Shown here: positions 14,495 through 28,429 of the stretch, piece after piece
How positions within the stretch are numbered: position 1 is the stretch's first letter
Layout of the letters: every line of letters begins with the position of its first letter
Assembly: GCA_951406725.2 (NCBI GenBank)
Contig: OX597815.1
Location: 45,012,001 to 45,076,000, forward strand
Direction: 5' to 3'
DNA from: Octopus vulgaris
Taxonomy: Eukaryota
Length of the DNA stretch: 64,000 nt
The notes under the pieces: generated by a model
Seen by the model: the letters and a program-made list of their open reading frames with translations, nothing else
What the model was told of the DNA's origin: nothing
Database searches by the model: none
Translations under genes and position numbers: made by a program

Positions 14495-15239
14495 CGGCGT
14501 ACGTACACTTTGTTCTCTTATATGTAAGTACACATTTCACTAAATTTTGTACGACTTTTTCAAATCTTTCTCCCCACTCTCTCTCACATTCCTTTGCCTT
14601 TCTTACTCACTTTGCACTTCAGTGTCCCTGTCCCTCTTTTTTCTCGCCACTCCTTGATTCTTCCGTCTATCTACTGCTACACACTCTCTCTCACTCTATC
14701 TCTCTTCTCCCCTCCTTAATTACTTTGTTCCTCTTTTTCTCTGTCTCCTCTTCTCACGTGACCGTTGGCCGACTGCTAGCCCTTTTGTGTTTAACCGTGG
14801 TCATTGCCACATCGATATTCTTCCCTCTGCGTAAGACTTCATTTCCATACACGCCAGCTGAATTCAATTCGTCCCTAGTCGAAAGATGCCTGTTGTTATG
14901 CCCTGTTATTATTATTATTATTATTGTTTTTTATTGTATTTTTGTATTTATATTTGTGTAACATCGTCTGTTTTTCCATCCTTGTTTCGTATACATTCGA
15001 TGCTTTTTATCCAAGGAATCTAATGCTCTTAGCTTAGTTTTTCCTTGAGGCTGGCCAAATTGGAGCAATCTCAAGATTAATCAGCCGAAATTGCGAGGAT
15101 GATCCGGTTCTTGACGGAAGATAAAAGGCTTCGAATGACCCGTCCGTGTTTTTTGCATCGTCTATCTGGATGTTTTGTTGTCCCCTTTTGTATCACCTAG
15201 TTGTCCGGATGTTTTGCGTTCTTGTCCCATTTTGTATTT

Positions 15240-15243
<4 letters not shown>
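14388..15243 (+). mobile_element. Repeat family A, long copy with a duplicated 3' segment
   Basis: A ~75-bp segment (ggatgttttgttgtcccc...ttttgtatttt) occurs at 14389-14463 and 15168-15243, each followed by (TA)n. Confidence 0.65.
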
Positions 15244-15323
<80 letters not shown>

Positions 15324-15494
15324 CCAAGGTGTATATATATATATATATATATATTTATTTATTTATACCTTTGATGTGTATTCTATTTACATTAACTAGT
15401 ATATGATTGTGTGATATAGTTAACCAAATTCTTTTTAAAATGAGTAATTTATTGATATCTACTTGAACTTTTAATCCCTTTGTTCTTTCTAAGC

Positions 15495-15605
<111 letters not shown>

Positions 15606-16134
15606 AGAAAAAAAGCAACGAGAATGGATTAGTTGTTTAGTACAATTGTTTCATACGAAGAACAGCTTTATTAAAAGCTGCAAATATTGCAGCAAATACA
15701 AGTGTCCCGTATTCATCAGCCAAAACACATATGAGTTTTCCAAACATCCTAGGGGGTGAGGCTACACTCATAAGTATCGAAGAGAGTTCTATGAAAAGCA
15801 AAGTTAGATTGTAAGCAGACTTCAAATGTTCTCTTATGATGCACAGTTTTATAAAAGGTTTTTAAAAAAGTTTGTTAGCTCCACAGAAAAGGTAAATCCA
15901 TCCATAATAATGCAGGTGTAATTTCCGGAGATATGAGGAGATATTTTATACTCAGAGAAGATGAAAGTATCCATAATAATGTAGGTGTAATTTCCTGATA
16001 TATGAGATGTTGATCACACTTCTATTCGTTTCACAAAATTACTATGTTGGAAGAAGAGATTGGCTATATTGGCTAAAGGAATCGCAAAAGAAGTCAGTAA
16101 AGCAGAAACCGCCCAAATAAGGACATTATGGGAC

Positions 16135-16183
<49 letters not shown>

Positions 16184-16488
16184 CAAAAACATCCTCAGAA
16201 TGACCAGTGCTATGAATACGGAAAATAAACTGAGTTAATGAGTATCAAATGTCATATAACATAAATTCTTGATATATTGAAATGTTCTTCCAATAGAGAG
16301 AAATTTAAACAAATACTTTGTGGCAAATGCAACCGACTCCGATTGAAGAGACAAGTGTTCTCCAAAATCCACAAACCACTGAGGAAAAGGCAATCAGATT
16401 GACTGGGAACAAGAAAAAAGCTGTATACACGTGATTCAGTACGGGATTTATCCTACCTTGACTCAAACAGTCAAGATACCTGCACATA

Positions 16489-16951
16489 CGAGGGTCGGCC
16501 GGAAACTTCATAGGCTGACCAAGATAATCTCATGGAATGTGACCGAATGGGGCTTACTTTTCAACACCCCCCCCCTTGCAGTCCATACACTTCCATCGGT
16601 ATTGCAGTGCTTCGATCCTATTGTTGGAGAAACTTTCATCCTGTTGGTCAAAAAAAGTCAGCAACAGCAGATATAACGTCATCATCACTGCGATACTGGT
16701 CCCCAGCCGTTTTTCATGTTGGGAACAGATCATAGTCAGATGAGGCCAAATCAGGAGAATAGGGAGGGTGATCAACCATTTCAAAGTATAGCAGCCATTG
16801 AAACCAAGGACTTGTGTGCTGGAGCATTGTCCTTATCAAACAAGACCCCTTTCGTCAGTTTTCCAGGGCGTTTGGTCTTGATAGCCTTTCGTAACTGTCT
16901 TAGCGAGCTGACTTCTTTACAATCAGCCTATGAAATTTTCAGCCCACCATG
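16489..16951. mobile_element. Mariner-derived MITE
   Basis: TA|CGAGGGTCGGCCGGAAACTTCATAGGCTGA ... TCAGCCTATGAAATTTTCAGCCCACCATG|TA imperfect TIRs. Confidence 0.65.
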
Positions 16952-19162
16952 TACGCAAGAAGAACAGAATACATTTATGGCCTATGGTTCTTAAAAGCTT
17001 GGCTTTAACTTGTCAATGAGTTTGGTCTGGTAGCTTGTACCACTTTTTCGTTAATTGATTTAAGTATGTAAGCGAGCAAATATAGGTATACATTTTCTCG
17101 TCCTTCCAACCTTTGATGCAGCGGATTTGACCACTCGAAGATGAGAGAAATGCACCAGCATTCCGCCGGTGCTAATTTACACTCGAGCGGTTTAAAGCAA
17201 CGTGAAGCTATCTGTCTCGTTCAAGGACACAGTATATGCGCCACCCAGTAAGGGAATCAAACTAATCCCTCTCCTAGACTCTGTTGATCTTTTACCAAAC
17301 TTTATTCGCTTTCGCTTTGCTTTCTTTCCAACGGAAGTTTGACATGATTATTATGTCACTAAAACAAGATTGTGCGCTGGCAGTACCGTAAACACGCCGG
17401 AAAAAATGATTTGCAGAATTGTTCAAATTTCACCAAGGTCGACTTGGCCTTTTGGGGTCGGTAGAATTAGTACCAGTTGAGCATGGAGGTGCACAAAAAA
17501 TTTCAGGCTTTGTGCTTATGATAAAAAGGATTCATTAAATCTAATATCGCTATCGTTGTCGTCGATGTCATTGGAGTGTCAGAATCGGTAGCGATCTGGC
17601 AGTATATTATAACTATTTATACTGATGTCCCTTTGCCTTTACGACTCAAGTTCGAATTCAACCTAAGTTATCTATTGTTTTACCGCATTCCCGCATTGGA
17701 TATCGTAAGGACCAATCAAGTACTGAACTCTATTATATTAAATACACACTTCTCCAGAAAATGTATGACTTTGTTATTTGCTCTTTCTTTCTTTCAGGAA
17801 TGAGATTTAGAAAGCATGTGTGTTTGCGAGTGTGTCTGTGTGTGTGCGCGTGCGTGTGTGTATATATAATGTATGTATACATGTATATACATATGCACAC
17901 GTATATATATATATATACATATAACATATATGAAATATATTTATATTTATATAAAATGCATGCATAGACACACACATATATGGTAGTATATATGTGTATA
18001 TGTAGAAACAAGCATATATGCACATACATATACTCGTACACATTCCCTCTTCTCCACACACACACACTGTGGTGCTATTTTCTTAGACGAAGTTCAACAC
18101 CTTAGAACATAAAAGCTGGGACGGTATTTATCCTTAAGGCATGCTTTGAATATAAAGCGTATCAATTATAAATATACAAAACAACGTTAAATAAACAGCA
18201 ACTATAAATATAACAAAGAAGAAAAGGCAATTTAAGAGGAGAAATTTTGATTGGGCAGCATACTAATTTTGATAATTATTCATGCCAACCTGTTACTGTT
18301 CGAGATATATCTTGGCTATACAATAGGCATATCAACCATATCTAAGATTTGCTGATTAAATTCTGTTGCCTTTACGAATGGGTTTTACCACCTACAAGCA
18401 TTGATATCTGCATATTTGTGCAGTTACTCACAAATTTGATAGCAATCTTATATATATATATTAAGACCTATATGACTAACGGTGACTAATTTCGTTATAA
18501 AAGCTAAGAAAATAAAAAGGATTATACTTATCAGAGCAAAGTAATTAATATATAGTGCAGTAGCAAAAATGGTGGACTAATTACCTATTTTTTATCTATA
18601 ATTTGCTTCACTCATTAGTCAGCAGCCATGGTGGGGCATCGTCTTGAAGTTTTTTAGGTTTTTTTTTTTTAAGCGAACGAATCAACTTCAGTGCTTATTT
18701 TAAAACTTGGTGCTTATTCTATCCGCTTTCTTTAGCTACGTGTACGTAAACAAATCAACTCCAATTGTCAAGCGCTGGTGAAGAACAAACAGGTACATAC
18801 CTACACAAATACATCCGTATATACATGCATACGCACATACGTACATACATACATACATACATACATACATACATACATACATACGTCCATACATATGTAC
18901 GTATATACATACATACGTACATATATACGTACATACATACGTAGTACATACATATGTACGTACATACATACGTACGTACATACATACATACATACATACA
19001 TACATAATACATACATACATAATACATACAGACATACATACATACAGACATACATACATACATACATACATACAAACATACATACATATATGTCTTGTAC
19101 AGTAGGCCCGGGCCGACCAAAGCCTTGAGAGTGGATCTGGTAGACGGAAACTGAAAGAAGTC

Positions 19163-19248
<86 letters not shown>

Positions 19249-20357
19249 ATATATATATGTACAAATGCAGTTGCCCAAGATGCCACTCTGGGACTGAACG
19301 CGGGACTATGTGGTTCAGAAGCAAACTTTTTATCACAGAGCCACTTCTGCACCTATATGCTTTGCCATATTTTAATTTCCTCTTTATATTCTGAGTTCCA
19401 TTTATGACAAGATGGATTTTATATTTCATCTGTCAATGCAATAAGTACGATAAATTGATGCCAATTCATCTAAATCTAACATTCGCCTAGACGTTTCTGT
19501 CTTTGTGTCAATATAAAATCAAATTCTGACCTTGATAAGAAATGTTCTGAAAACAGATATAACAGATGAGACATTTGTCGCTCTGCTTGTAAGCGCTATC
19601 CACTGGTCTGGACTGTTATGGACTTGATTCTCCAGGTACCCATTTAAAAACATATTGACTAACTTTCATTAATGCCTTCTAGAAACACTTCATATTTCTC
19701 CAGTATAATACCGACTACCAACATTTCCGAAGCATTCGAGAGCGTCATAATAATGCCTCCCACGTTTAAAAACACATTTGTCTTGTAGTGAAGAGTACTT
19801 CAATGCATTTACTTTTTATAATAGGTGCTCACGAACTCAAGCCATCCAGTCTCTGAAAACAAGGCTTAATAAGCCAAAATAAATTTCTCTGAGAACAGAC
19901 ACACACGGTGTGATTCCGGTTCGAATGCCGTGCGTGCAACTTTAGACAAGTATCATCAGGTGCGGCCTCGGCTCAAGTTGAAGGATGTGAGTAGGATTTA
20001 ATTGACAAGACTTCAAGATCCTATTGCGTGTGAGTGTATGTGTATGTGTGTGTGTGCGTGTGTGTGTGTGTGAATTTGCAGATCCCATAAAAATCTACTG
20101 ATAATATGTGTGTTTCTGAGTGTGTGTGTGTATAGATCGATCCTATAAAAAATTACTGATCTTGTGTGTGTGTGTCTGTGTGTGTGTGAATCGATTCAAT
20201 AAAAATCTACTAGTCATGGCTCACTGAAGCCACTTTCATTACCGAATCTCCTAAGATAACCTGTAGGGACACCGTATTTTGTAATATAACCATAATATAC
20301 CACAAAGTATATTAAACGTTTATTATACGTCTATTAGTTGTAAAGTATATTAAACGT

Positions 20358-20778
20358 AAAGGTAGCGAGCTGGCAGAAACGTTAGCACGCCGGGCGAAAC
20401 GCTTTGTGGCATTTCGTCCATTGCTGCGTTCTGAGTTCAAATTCCGCCGAGTTCAACTTTACCTTTCATCCTTTCGGGGTCGATAAATTAAGCACCAGTT
20501 ACGCACTGGGGTCGATATAATCGACTTAATCTGTTCGTCTGTTCTTGTTTGTCCCCTCGGTGTTTAGCCCCTTGTGGGTAGTAAAGAAATAGGTATTTCA
20601 TCTGCCGTTACGTTCTGAGTTCAAATTCCGCCGAGGTCTACTTTGCCTTTCATTCTTTCGGGGTCGATTAAATAAGTACCAGTTACGCACTTGGGATCGA
20701 TGTAATCGACTTAATCCCTTTGTTTGTTCCCGTTTGTCCCCTCTATGTTTAGCCCATTGTGGGCAATGAAGAAATAAA
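20358..20778 (+). mobile_element. SINE family 3, dimeric copy with 12-bp TSD
   Basis: Body (ttctgagttcaaattccgccgag...ggggtcgat) is duplicated. TATATTAAACGT flanks both sides (20346-20357, 20779-20790). Minus-strand relatives at ~53740-53930, 54040-54240 and 60110-60480. Confidence 0.8.
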
Positions 20779-20940
20779 TATATTAAACGTCTTTTATAAG
20801 TCAATAATGTGTTCTACTGTGTTACTAGTGCTATTACATCACTTGTTAAGGTTATCTCTAAAGATTTTTAATAGAAACTATAACCAGCATAGATTTTGGT
20901 ACGACGTTTTGTATCCGAGACCGTTGGATGATTAATGGGT

Positions 20941-20997
20941 TGGTTGGGTGCTGATGAAGGAGAACAATCTCCTGAGATGTGTCATATACGCCAATTA
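20941..20997 (+). ncRNA. Type I hammerhead-like motif (A14G substituted) inside a long hairpin
   Basis: tggttgggtg-CTGATGA-AGGAGA acaa TCTCCT-GAGA-TG tgt CA-TA-tacgccaatta, enclosed by the IR 20892-20921/21035-21064. Confidence 0.5.
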
Positions 20998-21604
20998 CTT
21001 ATTTTCTTCGATCTCATTGTTGCTTACATCAGGCGTCTCAGGCACGAAACGTCGTAGCAAAATCAGGACTGGCTTTAACTTCTATAGAATATCTGTAGAG
21101 ATAATTTTAATACCCTTAAGATGAATCGTATAAGGAGGGGTTTGTCTAAGATAGATTTGCCGTGAATTGAACAGTACTGCGACAGCAAATGTCTTCTTTC
21201 CTAACACAGTGGCCAAAATCTTAAACGCAACATTTAGACAAATTATTATCCTGAAATTCAAGTTCATTAATGATGCACACCATAGAAATTCGATGAATTT
21301 CTTCAAAGACTTGGCAACAAATCGTCAACAGATAGCAGTTTGTTCAGGCTGCTAGATACAAAATCCGATTTGGTGTACGACACCAGACTCTCTTGAAAAT
21401 AGGAAAACAACAGTATGGTGGTGTGGTGATGAAATTCGTTGTACAGCAAAGTAATTCCGGTTCAATTGCTGCACATACCACTTTAGACAAGTGTCATCAG
21501 GCACGGTCTCAGTTTGAGTTGTAAGATGTGAGTAGGATTTCATAGATAGGACTATAAAATCTTATTGTGTGTATGTGTGCATTTGTATGGGTGTACATTT
21601 GTGT

Positions 21605-21642
<38 letters not shown>

Positions 21643-21950
21643 ATTTAAATCAGACACTTATGTACGAGAGGGCACTGAAAGGTTCCTGGCTTTAAGAGTA
21701 TCGCGAAAGACCTGGTTGGAGGCCCAACCTTCCAAGTTCTTTTACGGGGCTTAGAAAACTGAAGGACCACTTCAATAAGTGTGTGAATTTAAGAGGGGAA
21801 TATGTGGAATAAAATCATAACCAAGATGTCCTGCTTGCCTCCTCTTACTCCTTGCACTCCACAATGGGTTGAACTGTTAAAGGTTTCTTCGAACTGTCTG
21901 CCAGATCTACTCTTTACATGTATAGACAGGCAAGCTCTAATATGCTAATT

Positions 21951-22198
21951 TAGTGGTTCTCAACTGAGGTCTATATGACCCGTGGGAGTCCATGTAAGAT
22001 TTTGTTGTTAAAATTTATGTGCAATGAATTGGTTATACTACTACACTACACAATATAATTTGATAATGACTTTTATACAATTCCTAATATATAATTATAA
22101 AAAAAATTATGGAATTTTTTAAATATCGAATGTCTATAAGGGCCAAGTAAAATAGGAACCAAATGGATCCACAGTTAAATGATGGTTGGGAACTACTA
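21951..22198. mobile_element. hAT/Charlie-like MITE
   Basis: TAGTGGTTCTCAAC ... GTTGGGAACTACTA terminal inverted repeats. Confidence 0.5.
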
Positions 22199-23239
22199 CA
22201 CTGGATCTGAGTAGACCTAGGAACAATAGTGGTTAAGAGGTAGTTCCACACTCCTCAAAATTCTGGAACTCCCGAACCAAACCAGGATCCTGCGACTGAT
22301 AACTATGGGCTTGCAGACTGCAGGCTGATGCTTTCGCACACGCAGTTCTTTGTTGGAAATGTGATGGTACCATATGAAGGTCTCGATGGTTCACAGGGTT
22401 CTGCTATCGAAGCCGTCGATCCTCTTTGCAAGGGTCTTCCAGAGGCGGAGAATGGAGAGGACTGATGGGTTATTTTTCTGAAAGGCAGATAAATAGTGAT
22501 TGAGAACCACTGTGTTAATTCAACCATATCTGGGACATTGACAGGTGCTACTACTCTGGATCAGAATAGACATAGGAACAACAGTGGTTAAGAGGTGGTT
22601 CCACACTCCTCAAAACCCTGGGACTCCCGAACCAAACAAGGACACCACTACCGGATGCAGTTTAAAGACATACCCAGGAATTGATAGTACAGAACAGACA
22701 TCATCCAGTTTGTTGAATTTGAAGTTCCATTTCCGCGGGTGGGGTGCGTTGTGACTGTGTGCCCAGTAGTCATGTGGCGTATGTGGCACCTGATAGACTG
22801 AAACAATTATGGTCTGCTAGATGTATTGCAGTACATCATATATATGCACACACATACACACACACACATACATAGACATCACACAGACATAGACATAACA
22901 TATACATGCAGATGTACACATGCGCGCGCACATTCACACATATTTCAGCTCAGTATTCACACAGTACATTTTCCGTACAAATAACGTACACACATTCACA
23001 CACACGTGCGCACATACATACCGTACTTTCATGTATACAAGCCGAGGTAGCACACAGTATGAAGATGAATGTGGTAAAAAGCTTGCTTCACAACCACATG
23101 GTTCTATATTCAGTCTTACGATGTGGCACATTGGGCAAGTGTATTCTATTATAGCTGCGGACCGACCAAAGCCTTGTAAGTGGTTTTGGTAGACGGAAAC
23201 TGAAAGAAGCTTCTCGTGTGTGTGTGTGTACATACCTGA

Positions 23240-23470
23240 ACCCAACAACCGCAGAAGGAAATGCCACAGGGTTTGCTCCCTTCTCTCTTAACACAAAATC
23301 ACCCATAGGTAGAATATTCCTTAAATTAATAGATAAGCATTTCACTAGCTCCCATAGGTACGGACCCATTTTCAACAGGCACAGCGTTAGAGTCTCTTTT
23401 AGTTGCGCCCCCAATATCAAGAACATTCTAGTTAGCACTTCTAGGCCACGGGAGGAGGCAGGACCGTAAC
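23240..23470 (+). pseudogene. Penelope-like element ORF fragment (RT-to-endonuclease linker)
   Basis: APFSLNTKSPIGRIFLKLIDKHF..IFNRHSVRVSFSCAPNIKNI resembles the PLE linker motif (PPFS..TNIG+.FL.LIDKHF..IFNR.TVKVSYSC). Confidence 0.8.
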
Positions 23471-23670
23471 AGATGCCCGGTGAGAGACCTAGGGTTTTGA
23501 GGAGTGTGGAACCACCTCTTAACCACTGTTGTTCCTATGTCTATTCTGATCCAGAGTAGTAGCACCTGTCAATGTCCCAGATATGGGTGAATTAACATAG
23601 TGGTTCTCAATCACCATATATATGAGAGAGAGAGAGAGAAAGGGAGAAATAGATAGACAGATAGACAGAC

Positions 23671-23739
<69 letters not shown>

Positions 23740-24049
23740 TGTCTTTATGTCTGTGTTTTCCAACAACCAGTGCTTGACAACCGGTGTCGGTGTGTTTATG
23801 TCCTTGTAAATTAGCGGTTCGGCAAGACAGACCGATAGAAAAAGTACCAAGCTTAATAAAAGATTAATTCGACTAAAAAACCTTCAAGACGGTGCCCCAG
23901 CATGGCCGTAGTCTAATGACAGAAAAAAAAAAAGCCATTCAAATATCGTCACTATCTTTGCCAGCATTTCACATGGTATATAAATCGACCTGCCTTTTTT
24001 TTGGCTGTAAATACGGTACATACGGTACATACGTGTTTGTATGTATACG

Positions 24050-24097
<48 letters not shown>

Positions 24098-25206
24098 TGT
24101 GTGTGTGTGCGAGTGCATATGTGGGTGTGTGCTCGTGTGAGATTGTGTGTGTAGATGTGTGTGTGTGTACGCGTGCGTATGTGTAAACGTATTCATAATT
24201 TTACTGAACATACAGACGCCTGCGCGTAAGCGTCTTAAATCCAATTATTATAGCATTGGCTTCCGCTCACCTACTCGCATAGAGATGTATATATACATGC
24301 TAGTGTATAGGCACGTATATAGTTGTAGACGACACATGTTTTAAATGGAGATTACACGTAGTCTCGTGTATTCTTTACACTGACATCATCAGTCTACAAG
24401 CTTTGAGTATTGCTTCTCCTTTCCTTGAACTGTCTGTGTCCCCTTCGCCATCATCCACTAAAATCCTCGCCAGAGAAGATGAGCCGCTATTATAAGCAAT
24501 CAACAAAGGTTCGTTGTTCTATTATGACTGCTGTCATATTAAATCATTTGTGTGCCAGCCACCTGGGCCCCACTTCTTTTTATCCCCTATTTCCACTCAT
24601 ATTTACTTGAACAGACACTAATCTCCATTGCTTTTCGGGGTCAATCATTTTTGACGCCGATCCGTAAGGTAAAACTATTTTCTCCCTGTCTCCTGGAATG
24701 GAACAAGTAAGTCGGGGTGTGTAGGTCGGGCGAATCTCCTAAGAGTTAATGGTTAATGACAGCGCTGATGTCGCTGTAGAAGACAATGATAACGACGCTG
24801 CTGATGATGATGTTGACGGTGTTTATGGTTTGATTGTGGGTAGGGATATCAGAGAGAATAAGACTGTAGTTGTGAGTGGTAACAGTAAGTAGTTAAGCAA
24901 CACAGCAGACATTTCATGTTACTTCTTTCTGAACCGAAAAAAACTTGGTTACATAGACTTTATATATAAACGCGGAAGCTGTTTGTTCTCTTCCTTATCA
25001 GCTTGTATTTACATTTATTTCGTTTGTTATATTACAATACACAGATTCATATACCGCGATGCAACTAGTCAGATGAAAGGTAGTCATTTCAGACTTGTAT
25101 GTACATCCATACCTATGCATTAATAACTATGCACATTTATGCAATCAGATACACGCAAATTATCCTTATTTTAAAAATCACATACATATGATATTTTAAA
25201 TTTCTA

Positions 25207-26405
25207 TCAGGTCATCCCATAAGTAATGTCCGGACTACTATATTTTCAAACTGTGAACGCTTTAACAGTATTTTAGAATGCATAATGGCATCAAGTAATA
25301 TCTATATGTATTTGGACATACTTAACTAATTAAATTTCATTTTGCAGGATAATCTAATTGAAAGTTTACTAATAATAAACTCTTCAAACATGGAAGTGTT
25401 TAAGGAGCATTTGAAGCAAATGATGTTTTATGCGTTTAAAATTCTGCAGCTGAAGCGACTCGAAATATTCACTCAGCTTATGGAGAAGAGTGCCTAAATG
25501 AAAAAAAATTTGCTGAAGATGGTTTGTAAACTTCAGAAGTGGAGATTTCAGACTTGCGGATGAGACCCGAACAGGACGTCCAATTGAGTTTGATGACATG
25601 CTCCTTTTGGCAGAACTTGAAAAAGATCATGCAATTTCAGTTGAAGAATTGGCAAGCAAGCTTCGTTCAAGCCATACAACTGTTCAGCATCTTCAACAGC
25701 TTGGAAAGATCCCAAAACTAAGAAAATAGGTGTCTCATGATTTGTCTGAAGCCAACCGCAAATCACGAGTGGACATCTGCTCTTTTCTACGTTCTCGTGA
25801 ACTCGTCTCGTCCTGGACAGACTGGTGATCGGTGATAAAAAAAATGAGCCCTTTATCAAACTATTAAGCCTCGTAGACATTGGCTCGATGAACGGGGAAA
25901 AGCTCAACCACAACCGAAAATGGAACTCCATGCGAAGAAGGTTCTTCTCTCTGTTTGGTGGGATTGTAAAGGATTCATTTTCTTTGAGCTGTTATCAACT
26001 AATGCAAAAATCAATGCTCACATCTACTGCCAGCAATTAGAGCGTTGGAATGCTGCTTTCAAGAAAAAAAATGGCCTGCTTTAGTGAATCCAAAGGGAGT
26101 GGTGTTTCTTCAGGACAGTACAAGACCCCACACTGCAAACACCTATCACGTCACAAAATATTGAGGAACTTGGCTGGGAGAAAATTACTCATATACTTTA
26201 TTCCTCAGACCTTGCTCCTTCAGATTATCATTTGTTCCGTAGTTTACAGAGTCATTTCAAAGAGTTTTTCTCTAACACGAGTAGATGGAAAGATGTCATA
26301 AATAATGATGGAAACTACAGTGACGATTAAGTTTTATTAAAACGTAATATTTGATCACTTGATTTCCTTATTCAAAATCCGGACATTACTTATGGGATGA
26401 TTTGA
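25207..26405 (+). mobile_element. Near full-length mariner transposon with a dead transposase
   Basis: 28-bp TIRs TCAGGTCATCCCATAAGTAATGTCCGGA / TCCGGACATTACTTATGGGATGATTTGA, TA TSD, and IGD(E)K and DLAPSDYHLFRSL motifs with frameshifts. Confidence 0.92.
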
Positions 26406-27462
26406 TATAATATATTTATATGGACGCAGGCATGGCTGTGCGGTAAGAAACTTGCTTCGCAACCACATAATACTTGATCCAATCTCACTGCATGACACCT
26501 TGAGCAAGCGTCTTCTTCTATAGCCTCAGCCGACCGAAGCCTACTTCATTCATACTTACCGTAATTCAGCCCTAAGACAACTCACCCCAAGACAAATCAC
26601 GCGTGCGCGCACACACACACACACACACACATACACACACACACACACACACACGCACGCACACAAGTACTTCTTAAAACATATACTCCCAGAACTATAA
26701 TCCTCTGGAGCTCTGATTATGTGACTAAAGGCATCCATAGGTAGAAATCTCACAAAGCGGCAAACTTATATCAGGGGAAGCCTGCAAAGATTATCTTGGA
26801 CAACTGCTTAACTCTGCTCGAACTAGGAACTGTGAGGGAAATTTCATCAGATGAAACAAGACTGGTTTCAGTCCTGCAAGGTGAAAGAGGGCGCCCTTTC
26901 AAAATTTAAATGGGTTGTATGGATTTCTTTTTAGAGAAGGGCTAAGTAGATTACCAAGAGAAACTCCTTTACCCCCGAGAGATATATCGACTAACCTCTT
27001 TCCTTCAGTATAAGACCTATCACGAGCTATAATGTAATATGAAAATAACTTAGTCTTTGGAGATGAAAATGGAATAAGGCGTGTTAAAAAAGAACAAAAC
27101 TGAGATAGGGGCACGGATCTGATGGTCTAGACTGTTCAAAGTAATGAATTTTTTTACAACCACGCACATTAAAAAATAAAATTCAATCCTCTTTTCTCTC
27201 AGTCACTCTTTAACACTCTCTTAATTTCCTCTATACCCCTGTTTGTCAACATTTCCCACTCACTCACTCTCTCACTCACTCTCTCTCTCTCTCTCTCTTT
27301 CTGCTACTCTTTCTTTCTCTCTCTCTGTTTAATGAAATTTGATTCAATGCCTCTTGGTAAATGTTTACTTCGAACCAATGTGGAAAGACGTCTGTAAATA
27401 GTCACTCGATCTGCAAGACATTGCAGCCAAGTCTTTAACAAATATCATTACACTCTACAGCC

Positions 27463-27525
<63 letters not shown>

Positions 27526-28061
27526 GAAAAATACAAACTGAGACAAGAACGCATAAAAACTAAGAAGACGATACAACAAACACAGACAGGACATTCGAAG
27601 CCCTCAGTCTTCAGTCAAGAACCGGATCATCGTAGTAATTTCGGCTGATATATATATATAACATATTAAATGACAAAGCACCAGATGGTCATGCCACTAA
27701 CGCGTTTTACTATTCATTTGTTTGGTCGAGGTTGAGATCAAAAACGACAACAGGAACAACAAACTAATCTTTGCTTATCTCTGTCGTTTAAAACAACTGC
27801 CCAAAGCTTGCATCTATAGACATATATAATTTCAGCATTATTTTATTTATTGGCGAAATCCAAAATAACCTAGGACTTTACACAATAACAAACTATAACT
27901 CTTGGCTCTGAAAAATTTAACCGATAAGTATTCCGTCTTCTAGTTATAATTTATTATCACAATCCTAAAGACTAACTATACTTTGGAGGTTTGAATCATC
28001 TGACATCACAACATTTAACACACCCAGAATGCGAATGCCTGAACAAGATCAACAGTGACAG

Positions 28062-28111
<50 letters not shown>

Positions 28112-28386
28112 CTGTCACGGTATATATATATAACTGTCACTATATATATATATATACATATATACGCACACATACATGCATACATACATACTTACATACA
28201 TACGTACATGCATACATAAACACACACACATATAACAACATATTTATATTATGTATGCATCTCTCTCTCCTCTCCTCTCTCTCTCTATCTCTCCCCTCTC
28301 TCTCTCTTATATACACATACATATACAGATATATACATACATATATATATATGTGTGTGCGTGCATATATATATATATGGATATAT

Positions 28387-28420
<34 letters not shown>

Positions 28421-28429
28421 ATATATAAA

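Noticed and set aside
15898-16010. ~70-bp tandem duplication; also the ~60-bp x3 minisatellite at 20070-20215 and the 14-bp IR at 10740-10787
   Set aside because: Ordinary local duplications with no ribozyme core or element termini.
26835-26880. GAAA and CTGATGA in type II order on the minus strand
   Set aside because: Stems I and II have mismatches at the closing pairs, so the match is compatible with chance.
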